Part shown: positions 25,301 to 32,000 of the stretch, one piece after another | How the letters are laid out: each line of letters begins with the position of its first letter | Position numbering within the stretch: the first letter of the stretch is position 1 | Source: Candidatus Nanoarchaeia archaeon | Lineage (GTDB): Archaea > Nanobdellota > Nanobdellia > Woesearchaeales > JANQNC01 | Direction: 5' to 3' | DNA: 32,000 nucleotides | Assembly: GCA_028279745.1 (NCBI GenBank) | Contig: JANQNC010000001.1 | Location: forward strand, 990,001 to 1,022,000 | Made by a program: the position numbers and the translations under genes | The notes under the pieces: model-generated | Database searches by the model: none | What the model was told of the DNA's origin: nothing | Seen by the model: the letters and a program-made list of their open reading frames with translations, nothing else

Positions 25301-25522
25301 GAATCCTTGCATACGCTTGAATCTCATAATGATGTCCTTTAGTGAGTTATTCCAAGCATGACCCATATGCATCTTCCCAGAAGTGTAAGGCGGACCTTGT
25401 AAGAAGTAAAATGGTTTACCATCTTTATTTTTCATACAAGCCTTCTGATAAATTTCATGTTTTTTCCAAAAGTTAAGTATTTCCTGATCAACTTCTTTTG
25501 GGTTAAATGTGCCTATAGTCAT
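22382..25522 (-). CDS. ileS: isoleucyl-tRNA synthetase
   Basis: 1046-aa ORF with HMGHAWN (HIGH), KMSKS, a CP1 editing insertion and Cys clusters (CAEC, CERC, CDSC). Confidence 0.95.
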   Translation of the reverse strand: MTIGTFNPKEVDQEILNFWKKHEIYQKACMKNKDGKPFYFLQGPPYTSGKMHMGHAWNNSLKDIIMRFKRMQGFNVWDRAGYDMHGLPTAHKVQAKLNLKSKEDIINHGMDKFIKECMEFSSTIADQWNEEMPKLGLWFDYENAYRPITNEYIESVWFLIKKAEEKGRLYEGLRTLSWCAECATALAKHEQEYKEVTDNSIFVKFKIKNTDNDYFIIWTTTPWTIAFNLGIMVNPELDYVKCKVDNEYWIVSKALAAPVIQAVADKKLEIVEEFKGETLEGTEYTHPWENDIPDFKELKEKHPKVHTVLMSSEYVDTSAGSGLVHSAPGCGPEDYEVGHRNGIPPFNNIDHSGIFPDTMGRFSGLKAKTDDKKFIEALEDDNVLIASTPVEHDYAHCERCRNPVVFRATKQWFFKVEDMKDQMVEHNENINWVPDSGYQAYKSWLQNLRDNSITKQRFWGTPVPIWKCDSCDKYKVIDSREDIKNNGGQPPESLHKPWIDEVKLDCDCGSKMTRLPDVLDVWIDAGCASWACLEYPHKTEFFDKLFPAEFICEAKEQVRGWFNLLMVASMIAMDKPCFKSCYMHGMITDVDGVKMSKSLGNVISPYELIDKHGTDAMRYYICGTNAGEDISFSWDEAALKQKYLMILWNVHKFVIDLSKQLNVKVVDFNLAKELLGVEEKYILSKLNSTIKEVTELLNNYQIDKVFPLIENLYLELSRTYIQLVRDKAAVGSEEDKEIVFYTIYHTLFETLKIFSIITPFITEKMFQNLKEAFNLPGESIHLADWPTPDESMIDKKLESQFESVKSVIQSILSSREKINLGVRWPLKEAIVVTTDAETVEAVEVLKELILNQTNVKSLSVQETFPFVTYTIKPEFAKLGPEFGELAPKIIANLATQSPDTVLSHIKKEGKFKLKVESQEVDIKEEHINVDEDVKPPYSGGEFRKGNIYINSERSEELENEGFARELMRRIQNMRKKAGLQKTDSINIHITTDASGIEILAKWHDSIKEKVGANDLIVNDRPAAKKHETESVEKVKSITFEVSFDKV

Positions 25523-25543
25523 GGTTGAGATTGTTGTAGGGGT

Positions 25544-25553
25544 GTTTAAAAAC
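25544..25553 (-). promoter_or_regulatory. TATA-box-like element for ileS
   Basis: The minus strand reads gtttttaaac, centred about 26 nt before ATG 25522. No SD is present. Confidence 0.4.
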
Positions 25554-25637
25554 CTTTCTGCACAGCTGCAATATCAGCTGGCACTATAAGCGGGCAACCT
25601 TCGGTCGCCCACTGGTTAAGGTGTTAAACGCAGAAAG
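25554..25637. ncRNA. 84-nt GC-rich multi-hairpin element (candidate structured RNA or palindromic element)
   Basis: An 8-bp closing stem CTTTCTGC/GCAGAAAG encloses two hairpins. These are CAGCTG-caatat-CAGCTG (25563-25580) and GGGCAACC-ttc-GGTCGCCC (25592-25610, one A.C mismatch). It shares the 10-mer CAGCTGGCAC with 5433-5442. Confidence 0.3.
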
Positions 25638-25647
25638 CTTTATATAG
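25638..25647 (+). promoter_or_regulatory. TATA-box-like element for the 593-aa surface protein gene
   Basis: ctttatatag lies about 40 nt before the ATG, with SD gaggtga in between. Confidence 0.4.
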
Positions 25648-25684
25648 AGAAAAATGCAGGAGTATATTATTACTGAGGTGATGT

Positions 25685-27466
25685 ATGATGAAGATATTTT
25701 TGATATTGGTTGCTTTGTTTGCTATAAGCTTTGCTTGTGCTCAAACAACTTATTATGTTGATGATGATGGAGTTTGTGGAGGAAATATTCCTTGTTCTAC
25801 AACAATAGCAGGAGGGTTGGCTTCAGCAGTATCAGGTGATACTGTTTATGTTTATGATGGCAGTTATACTGAAAATCCAACTGTAAATGCAGGAATTAAT
25901 CTGTCTGGTGAAAGTAACACTGGAACTGTTGTAAGCGGGACAATTACTATTTATGCTAATACTGTTGTAAACAATTTGAAAATTACAGGAAGTGGAAAAG
26001 GTATAAACGTTCCTGCAGGAAATTATGATAATCAAGTAATATCTAATAATCTATTAGTTCAAAACATTGGTAATGCGATAGAAACAGGCTCAGATAGTGG
26101 AACAAACATGCGTGTTTCAAATAATTTAATATCAGACAATGCGGGGTCGGGGTTTCGTGCTAGTTTTGATCCTGGAACAATTTATTTTGAACATAACACT
26201 ATTGTAAATAATAGCGATGGTGTTGTGATAGGAAGAAGGAGTAACTTTTGGCTTACTGATAACATTATAGCTTTTAATAGGAATTATGCTTTTGCTAATT
26301 CAGGGGGTCATAATCAAGTTTGTAATTTTTATAATAATCATAGTTTGATTTATGCTAACAGAGAGGGTTTGTTACGGCCAAATTCTTCTACTCGTTATTC
26401 TGTTTTTTATGATGTCGAAGGCGGTGTTTACTCCCAGCCTCGGTTTGTAGATTCTTATAATGGGGATTATAGAATAGATTGTGGAAGTCCTGCTGCAAGT
26501 GCTGCAACTGATGGCACAAATATTGGTGTTTATCAAGGATGTGTTAACACAGGAAATTATTATGGGCCTTTCTATGTTGCAAAAACGGGAGATGATTCAA
26601 CAGGGGATGGTTCACCCTCAACTCCTTACTTGACAATCCAGAGAGGTATTGACCAAGCTCTTTATTTTGATGAAGTCATTGTAAAACCAGGAACTTATAC
26701 GGAGAATCCTGTTGTTGATCAGACAGTGGCTTTGACTGGAGCAGGTAATAGTGATTCAATCGTGAGCGGAACGATCACCATGTCTCATGATACAAATCTG
26801 ACTGGTTTTAAGGTTACAGGTAATGGTCAAGGTCTTTACTTTACTGGAGATCGACAATTCGTTGAAGATTGTAGGATTGAGAGTAATACGGGTGCAGGAA
26901 TTGCAACTGCTTCTGACGCAGGAACTCATGCGGTAATCTCAAGAACGCTGATAGCAAATAATGGGGGTCATGCTGTAGATTTTAGTTTTGATGTGTCAGA
27001 TGATATCTACTTTACTCATGTAACTATTGTGGGCAACTCAGGAAATGTGTTTGACATTATACGTAGAATAAGCATAAAATTAACTGATAGCATAGTCGCA
27101 AATAATGGAGGTTATCTAATTGGCGGAAGTTTAGATTACAGGCCGCCTGGCGCGTTACCTTTTGAAATAATAGTTAACAATAGCTTGATTTATGAGGATC
27201 CTATTAAGGCGGATAGTAGAATAGAGTATATTGAAGTTGAAGGAGTCATAAATGATTCAGATCCTCTATTCTTAGTTGGTTCAGTAGATTATGAACTTCA
27301 AGCAAGTTCACCGGCACAACAAGCAGCTTCAGACGGAACAGACATGGGTTGGATAGAAAGTTTAAGTGATCAAGGTGGAGATGATATACCTGAAATGTCA
27401 CAAACTATAGTGTTAATCATTGCACTTGTTGTAATAATGTCAATGGCATTCATGAAAAAACGCTAG
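25685..27466 (+). CDS. secreted right-handed beta-helix (PbH1/NosD-like) protein with IPE-type C-terminal anchor signal
   Basis: Signal peptide MMKIFLILVALFAISFACA. Two homologous halves carry N.I..N / G..I repeats. The C-terminus is GGDDIPEMSQTIVLIIALVVIMSMAFMKKR. Confidence 0.8.
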   Translation: MMKIFLILVALFAISFACAQTTYYVDDDGVCGGNIPCSTTIAGGLASAVSGDTVYVYDGSYTENPTVNAGINLSGESNTGTVVSGTITIYANTVVNNLKITGSGKGINVPAGNYDNQVISNNLLVQNIGNAIETGSDSGTNMRVSNNLISDNAGSGFRASFDPGTIYFEHNTIVNNSDGVVIGRRSNFWLTDNIIAFNRNYAFANSGGHNQVCNFYNNHSLIYANREGLLRPNSSTRYSVFYDVEGGVYSQPRFVDSYNGDYRIDCGSPAASAATDGTNIGVYQGCVNTGNYYGPFYVAKTGDDSTGDGSPSTPYLTIQRGIDQALYFDEVIVKPGTYTENPVVDQTVALTGAGNSDSIVSGTITMSHDTNLTGFKVTGNGQGLYFTGDRQFVEDCRIESNTGAGIATASDAGTHAVISRTLIANNGGHAVDFSFDVSDDIYFTHVTIVGNSGNVFDIIRRISIKLTDSIVANNGGYLIGGSLDYRPPGALPFEIIVNNSLIYEDPIKADSRIEYIEVEGVINDSDPLFLVGSVDYELQASSPAQQAASDGTDMGWIESLSDQGGDDIPEMSQTIVLIIALVVIMSMAFMKKR

Positions 27467-27515
27467 AAAAGCAAAGCTTTTCTGCGCACAAGAAATTCAT
27501 AAGAATTTCTTTGTG
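27465..27515. terminator. twin hairpins directly after the stop codon
   Basis: First: agaaaagc-aaa-gcttttct (27465-27483). A gcgcaca linker follows. Second: cacaagaaattc-ataa-gaatttctttgtg (27487-27515). Confidence 0.45.
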
Positions 27516-27530
27516 AAATGAGGTGTTGAA

Positions 27531-28394
27531 ATGAAAAAAATAATATTTTTTTTAATGGTTTTATTTGCAGTTGGAGTAGTTAGCGCAGCAAACTATCCAG
27601 CATGTAATAATCCAATAGATAATGCGCCATGTGTTATAATGGGGGAGTCTAATGTGGTCTATACTCTTGAGGATCAGGTAGTTGTTGACGCAGGAGACTA
27701 TGATGGATCAAAACAAGATCCTGATACAGTCATATTTATTTCAGGTTCAAACAATATAGAACTAGACTGTAAAGGTTATTCCATCTCAACAACAACAGAC
27801 AGTTTTAGAATAGGGGTTCACGTTTTTGATTCACATGCGATTAACGTTACAAACTGTGAGATATACGATTTTTTATCAGCCCCCCCTTCTGCAGGGTTAG
27901 GTTTGTCTGTATTTAATAACCAAGAACATTTTATCACTGGAAACTTCATTCATGACAACAGGGTAGGTGTTGGAGGGCTTTTTAGTGCTGGGCCTTTTGC
28001 AAAGTTCGAAGAAAATATAATAGAAAATAATGAGGTTGGAATGGGGCCTGCTCATCCAGCATCTGACTTATATTTTGATGAGATGAATACACAAAACAAC
28101 TGTTTCGCAAATGAAATTAATGTAGACCCGTCTGGTTGTTATCCTCCAAGTTATCAATCAAACCCATCATGGGATGGAAACTATTGGCATGACTTATTCA
28201 GTCCAACATATCCTGTTTGTGGTGTTGATGGGTTTTCAAGAACAGATAACACACCTTCAAATTATCCCTGTCCTTTAACATTTGAAGGACCAGTTCTTCA
28301 ACCTGAAGGAGAGATTCCAGAGATAAACACATCAGCAGTGATTTTAATTATCGCTGTAGTTGCAATCGGTGCTGTGTTTGTTAAAAGGAAATAA
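27531..28394 (+). CDS. secreted beta-helix (NosD-like) protein with IPE-type C-terminal anchor signal
   Basis: Signal peptide MKKIIFFLMVLFAVGVVSA and SD gaggtg. Repeats such as NVTNCEIYD and GNFIHDNRVGVG are present. The C-terminus is PEGEIPEINTSAVILIIAVVAIGAVFVKRK. Confidence 0.8.
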   Translation: MKKIIFFLMVLFAVGVVSAANYPACNNPIDNAPCVIMGESNVVYTLEDQVVVDAGDYDGSKQDPDTVIFISGSNNIELDCKGYSISTTTDSFRIGVHVFDSHAINVTNCEIYDFLSAPPSAGLGLSVFNNQEHFITGNFIHDNRVGVGGLFSAGPFAKFEENIIENNEVGMGPAHPASDLYFDEMNTQNNCFANEINVDPSGCYPPSYQSNPSWDGNYWHDLFSPTYPVCGVDGFSRTDNTPSNYPCPLTFEGPVLQPEGEIPEINTSAVILIIAVVAIGAVFVKRK

Positions 28395-28467
28395 TTTTTT
28401 TTATTTTCTTTTTCCCACAGAAAACTTTCAGTTTTCTGGGGCCCAGAAAATCAAAGATTTTCTTGGG
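28395..28467. terminator. oligo-T tract plus twin hairpins between convergent genes
   Basis: aattttttttattttctttttc is followed by cagaaaac-tttca-gttttctg (28418-28438) and cccagaaaatc-aaa-gattttct(t)ggg (28442-28467). Confidence 0.5.
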
Positions 28468-28472
28468 TTTTC

Positions 28473-30893
28473 TTAAAAGAACTTACTTAGTTTATCCTGA
28501 GAGCCTTTATCCAATAGCTCTTCTTTCTTATGGCCGAATATTTCAAGAATTCTCTCAACAACAGGAATGACTTGGTTATTGATATAATATTCAGAATCGT
28601 AGTCTTCATCAGAACACTCTTCAGGAAGTTTAGCTTTGTCTCTAATAACTCCCTTACCTTTACAGACAACATAAGAGATAACCATTCCAGGACCGACAGG
28701 AATACCTTTTTTATGCATCTTTTCTGCAATAGCTACATGCGGTCCAACTGATTCATAAGCGCCAAGCTCCTTGCTTAACTGAGTCTTAATGATAACTTTT
28801 TCTTTAGGGATTGTATGATCATCTAACTCTTTGATAATATTCTTTGCATAATTTAGTGCTTTATCATCGCCTTCGCCAGACAATAGTATTTTAAGAACTT
28901 TTTCTTGTGTTTCCTTAGCAATAATGCTTGTATTTCTTCTTACAGTCTCAAAACCTTTAATGTTAATCTTACCTTTATCATCAAGTAAAGCATATCTTTT
29001 CTTAGCTCCCGCACCAGAAGCCTTTGTAGGGACGAATAAAGCAGCAGGATAAAACCCTTCATACTCTAACTCCATTAAACCAGGCAAGTCCTGGTTTTGT
29101 TTATCTACAAACTTAATTGCTTCATCTTTGGTTTTTTTGTCTAACTCTAAGAATATAGAATCTGTATCAGAGTAGATAACTTTGAAATTTTCTTTATTTG
29201 CATCCTCAATAACTTTCTTAATATGATGTCTGCTGTAAGCAGTTATTGCTTGAGCACAATCAAAGCTGTAGTACCTAGCACCAAAAAACCCTAGATAACC
29301 ATAGAACGAATTTGCTAACAGCTTAAGACTCATCTGTCTAGCATAAAGGAAAGGACTTTCACCCTTTTGTTTAATTATCTCTTTAACTCTCATCCTTCTT
29401 TCGATCAAGTCTTCCATAACGCTAGGAATAAAACCTTTCTTTCTCTTACAGAACCTAATATTTTCTAAGCCAGGCGTTGGTTCAGCATCCTCGCAACAAT
29501 CACAATTCAAAGTACCCACACTTATGTTGTGAGATGCAACAATAGTAGGATACAAACTTCTGAAGTCAAAGATTACAACGTTAAAATAAATTCCAGGCGT
29601 TGGTTCAAAAACAAAGCCTCCGGTATAGGTTTGAGATCTTCTCTCAGTTATAGTGTCTCGTTTAGGTCTGTTAGGTGCAATCTCATTAAAATCTGGAGCT
29701 TGTTTTAACAAGAACCATTCTACTAATTGAGAAAGACCCATACGATGAGTGTCTGATAAAGTTAAGCCAATCATCTTAACCAACTCATTCATGTTTGGGA
29801 AAAGCTTTACTGCAAGATCATAGGTAAGTTTAGAGTCTTGTAGGTTATATTGTGCATACATTTCTAGATTGGTGTCATTATCCCAATCAGTGGCTAAGTT
29901 ATTAACATCAACGTCTTCTTTTTGCGCTCCCAGTAGTTCTTTAGAAACGCTATCTAAAGAGAAACTGCCCCCCTTAATTGCAGTCCTTAAAACACTCCTG
30001 ATAAACCTATAAACATCAAGATGGCATATGCCTGCAATAGTGCAGGAAGTTGAAGCACCTCTGCCTGTTTTGAGTTCAGAATAATCTAATCCCAGATCAA
30101 GTTTTATCCTGTACTTGTCAGCTCTGGCCTTGATGTACGGAAAGTCAAACTCATCACTAAAATAACCACAAAGAATATCTGGCTTTTTATCTGCAACAAT
30201 TTTTTTGAATTTTTCAATCAGTTCAGCTTCAGAATCAACAATCTCCGCATCTTCATGATCATTTTTCTTCCAGGTAATTATTTTTTTGTAATCTTTCCCG
30301 TATAGTGCAATCATTAAGATTGCATTTTCTTTTGGGTCGATCAGTGCAGTAGGATTGTAAGTTTCAATATCAAAAGCAATAATGTCTGGTTCAAAGTTGC
30401 TATCTGAGTCAGTTGTTTTAATTTCTTTTACTTCGAAACATTCTACTTTTCCTTTCTCCACAGTTTTTTCAGCTTCAATATTGTAAAGATTAAATGGAAT
30501 TATGTTTTTGTCTATAAGATAACGTCTAGTGAATAAGATATCGTATTCAAAACAATCTTTAACCAGGTCCCAATACTTAATTTCATTTCTCACTTTTGGG
30601 ACGGACTTTGGAAGATCTGTGAACACTTTTAGGAACTCGTGTTCGACTTCAAGATGTTTTTTCTTTTCAGTTTCAACTTTGACAACTTTGAACTCATCAG
30701 TCTGTAACTTTTCCAATTTAGCTTTAAGCTCATCAGGATTTTCTTTAGGCAAAACCCAAAAGTAAGGCTGGAAATCTTTTTCAACTAAACAAATCTGTTC
30801 ACCTTTATCGGTTCGGCCATACAAATAAAGAAATGCTTTGTTATCAACCACTTTTTGGTTGATGTCGACAGGATAAAAGTTGAAGTTAACCAT
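28473..30893 (-). CDS. polB: family-B DNA polymerase
   Basis: Exo I FDIETY, Pol A DFRSLYPTI and Pol C YSDTDS motifs, with no intein. The start is set at ATG 30893 (MVNFNFYPVD), 28 codons inside the tracked ORF, because the extension runs into a tRNA gene. Confidence 0.93.
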   Translation of the reverse strand: MVNFNFYPVDINQKVVDNKAFLYLYGRTDKGEQICLVEKDFQPYFWVLPKENPDELKAKLEKLQTDEFKVVKVETEKKKHLEVEHEFLKVFTDLPKSVPKVRNEIKYWDLVKDCFEYDILFTRRYLIDKNIIPFNLYNIEAEKTVEKGKVECFEVKEIKTTDSDSNFEPDIIAFDIETYNPTALIDPKENAILMIALYGKDYKKIITWKKNDHEDAEIVDSEAELIEKFKKIVADKKPDILCGYFSDEFDFPYIKARADKYRIKLDLGLDYSELKTGRGASTSCTIAGICHLDVYRFIRSVLRTAIKGGSFSLDSVSKELLGAQKEDVDVNNLATDWDNDTNLEMYAQYNLQDSKLTYDLAVKLFPNMNELVKMIGLTLSDTHRMGLSQLVEWFLLKQAPDFNEIAPNRPKRDTITERRSQTYTGGFVFEPTPGIYFNVVIFDFRSLYPTIVASHNISVGTLNCDCCEDAEPTPGLENIRFCKRKKGFIPSVMEDLIERRMRVKEIIKQKGESPFLYARQMSLKLLANSFYGYLGFFGARYYSFDCAQAITAYSRHHIKKVIEDANKENFKVIYSDTDSIFLELDKKTKDEAIKFVDKQNQDLPGLMELEYEGFYPAALFVPTKASGAGAKKRYALLDDKGKINIKGFETVRRNTSIIAKETQEKVLKILLSGEGDDKALNYAKNIIKELDDHTIPKEKVIIKTQLSKELGAYESVGPHVAIAEKMHKKGIPVGPGMVISYVVCKGKGVIRDKAKLPEECSDEDYDSEYYINNQVIPVVERILEIFGHKKEELLDKGSQDKLSKFF

Positions 30894-30914
30894 GGTGCTA
30901 TCGAGGGATAGTTT

Positions 30915-30925
30915 GTATATAAAGG
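30915..30925 (-). promoter_or_regulatory. TATA-box-like element for polB
   Basis: The minus strand reads cctttatatac, centred about 27 nt before ATG 30893. Confidence 0.45.
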
Positions 30926-30941
30926 TTGTGTAGGAGTAGAA

Positions 30942-31089
30942 TGAGCTGGAGGGGACTTTCAACGCACCGCGTTGCAAGCTGCGAACACGGTGAGCATGTT
31001 TGAACCCCCGACCACTGGCTCACTTAGGAGCCGTTGTTTGAAACGGGGCCATATAAGACCAGCGCTCCACCAGACTAAGCTACCAGCTC
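30942..31089 (-). tRNA. tRNA-Ile (UAU) with two introns (37/38 and 59/60)
   Basis: The exons give a 74-nt cloverleaf: GAGCTGG/CCAGCTC acceptor, GCTT/GAGC D-stem, CTGGT-CTTATAA-GCCAG anticodon arm, GGGGG-TTCAAAT-CCCCT T-arm, discriminator A. Intron 1 is 31021-31051 (31 nt); intron 2 is 30956-30998 (43 nt). Both junctions fold as 3-nt bulge / 4-bp helix / 3-nt bulge (CTTA/TAAG and TTCA/TGAA). Confidence 0.85.
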
Positions 31090-31121
31090 ATAACTTAGCC
31101 TAGTTAATGCGTTTCAAACGG

Positions 31122-31132
31122 TTATTTAAAAG
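31122..31132 (-). promoter_or_regulatory. TATA-box-like element upstream of tRNA-Ile
   Basis: The minus strand reads cttttaaataa, about 35-40 nt before tRNA position 1, which implies a short 5' leader. Confidence 0.35.
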
Positions 31133-31155
31133 TTTTTGCCTTAAGATGCCTTAGA

Positions 31156-31347
31156 TTAAATGACCATTTCATCATCGTGTTCAGCGTCATGTTCTTCATC
31201 ATCATAATCTTCTTTTTCATCAAGAAAGGAATCGCAACTAGAACAGCAAGTAAAGAAACTATGATCACGCTGATTATTGCATATAATGCTGCTGACATAA
31301 TCTGATCTAGAGTATATCAGTTTAAACAAGTTATGAAAAGACTGCAT
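31156..31347 (-). CDS. hypothetical 63-aa ORF (Cys-rich middle, acidic tail)
   Basis: The only support is ORF length. No SD or TATA was seen by eye. Confidence 0.25.
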   Translation of the reverse strand: MQSFHNLFKLIYSRSDYVSSIICNNQRDHSFFTCCSSCDSFLDEKEDYDDEEHDAEHDDEMVI

Positions 31348-31527
31348 GTTGTTAATATGAGCAGGTCAGTTATTCTCTATGGGGGGAGAAAATTAAAACC
31401 TTTAATTTAGTAACAAAAAATGCTTATATGTCAAGTTGTGTAATATTAGGTGAGATAAGAAAGTGCAACTTAGAATTGTTTATTCCTATCTAAAGTTGGG
31501 TATGATCATAAAAAGGAGGTGTCGGTT

Positions 31528-32000
31528 ATGAAAACAAAAGAATTCTTTATTGTATCTGTAGTCTTACTTTCAGTATGGGTATTGTCTGGCTGTGTTTTGC
31601 AAGAAGGGGGGGTGAATATTTCTGAAGAACAGAATAGGCCTATAAGTCCTTATGAAGGCAAGAGAATACTGTATATTGATTCTTACCATGAAGGTTATGA
31701 ATGGAGCGATGGTATAACGGAAGGAGTGATAAAAACTTTGGAAGGTACAGGTGTCGAGCTTAAGATCCACAGGATGGATACAAAAAGAAATCCTGACGAG
31801 GAGTTCAAGAAGAAAGCCGCATTGGATGCGAAGAAGGTGATTGAAGGATTTGATCCTGATGTCGTGATAACCTCAGATGACAACGCATTCAAGTATCTTA
31901 TAATGCCTTATTACAAGGATGCAGACCTTCCTGTTGTGTTCAACGGCCTTAATTGGGATGCTTCTGTATATGGCGCACCTTATTCAAATACTGCAGGCAT
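31528..32000 (+). CDS. lipoprotein, periplasmic-binding-protein-like (ABC substrate-binding type), 3' end outside window
   Basis: SD aggaggtg and a signal peptide with lipobox LSGC. ILYIDSYHEGYEWSDGI resembles the N-terminal strand/loop of ABC_sub_bind-type binding proteins. The frame stays open to the window edge and is absent from the ORF track because it has no stop. Confidence 0.6.
   Translation, partial: MKTKEFFIVSVVLLSVWVLSGCVLQEGGVNISEEQNRPISPYEGKRILYIDSYHEGYEWSDGITEGVIKTLEGTGVELKIHRMDTKRNPDEEFKKKAALDAKKVIEGFDPDVVITSDDNAFKYLIMPYYKDADLPVVFNGLNWDASVYGAPYSNTAG

Noticed and set aside
25523-25637. Structured element upstream of ileS as a T-box or other leader riboswitch
   Set aside because: A TATA-like box sits about 26 nt before the ileS ATG, which implies a leaderless mRNA. 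The element would then lie upstream of the transcription start. T-box leaders are also a bacterial mechanism.
30894-30977. N-terminal 28-codon extension of the polB ORF (MQRGALKVPSSSFYSYTTFIYKLSLDST) given by the ORF track
   Set aside because: It overlaps the 3' exon of tRNA-Ile and the polB TATA-like box. The conserved PolB N-terminus starts at MVNFNFYPVD (ATG 30893).

Overview
This is an AT-rich, tightly packed archaeal chromosomal segment. The archaeal markers are Orc1/Cdc6, family-B DNA polymerase, Kae1, archaeal-type UMP kinase, TATA-box promoters that often sit about 25-30 nt before the ATG (leaderless style), and three tRNA genes. Two of the tRNAs carry bulge-helix-bulge (BHB) introns. 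The small proteins, the tRNA-Ile(UAU) and the pilin-like surface genes suggest a small-genome, DPANN-like lineage, but that taxonomy is inference. Housekeeping genes: serS (fragment), cdc6, tsaC, kae1, malic enzyme, pyrH, tatD, scpA, ileS, polB, and regulators of the AbrB-PhoU and Lrp types. Accessory content: a complete bacterial-type long RelA/SpoT homologue; a receptor-like Ser/Thr kinase with degenerate catalytic motifs; a pilin-like operon headed by a ribbon-helix-helix (RHH) gene; and two beta-helix surface proteins plus two tandem mini-precursors that all end in the same IPE + TM + Lys/Arg tail. I found no CRISPR array, rRNA, transposase or integrase. The least explained signal is non-coding. 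(1) A family of A/T-stem hairpins with C-AAA-G triloops usually occurs as twin hairpins. (2) Three GC-rich structured islands (about 4.8 kb, 5.4 kb and 25.6 kb) share short sequence blocks with each other and with an intron of tRNA-Ile. One island is a 148-bp insert flanked by 18-20 bp direct repeats that duplicate the SD and start codon of a small gene, inside an operon of 36-73 aa ORFs. All functional calls come from motif recognition by eye; no searches were run.
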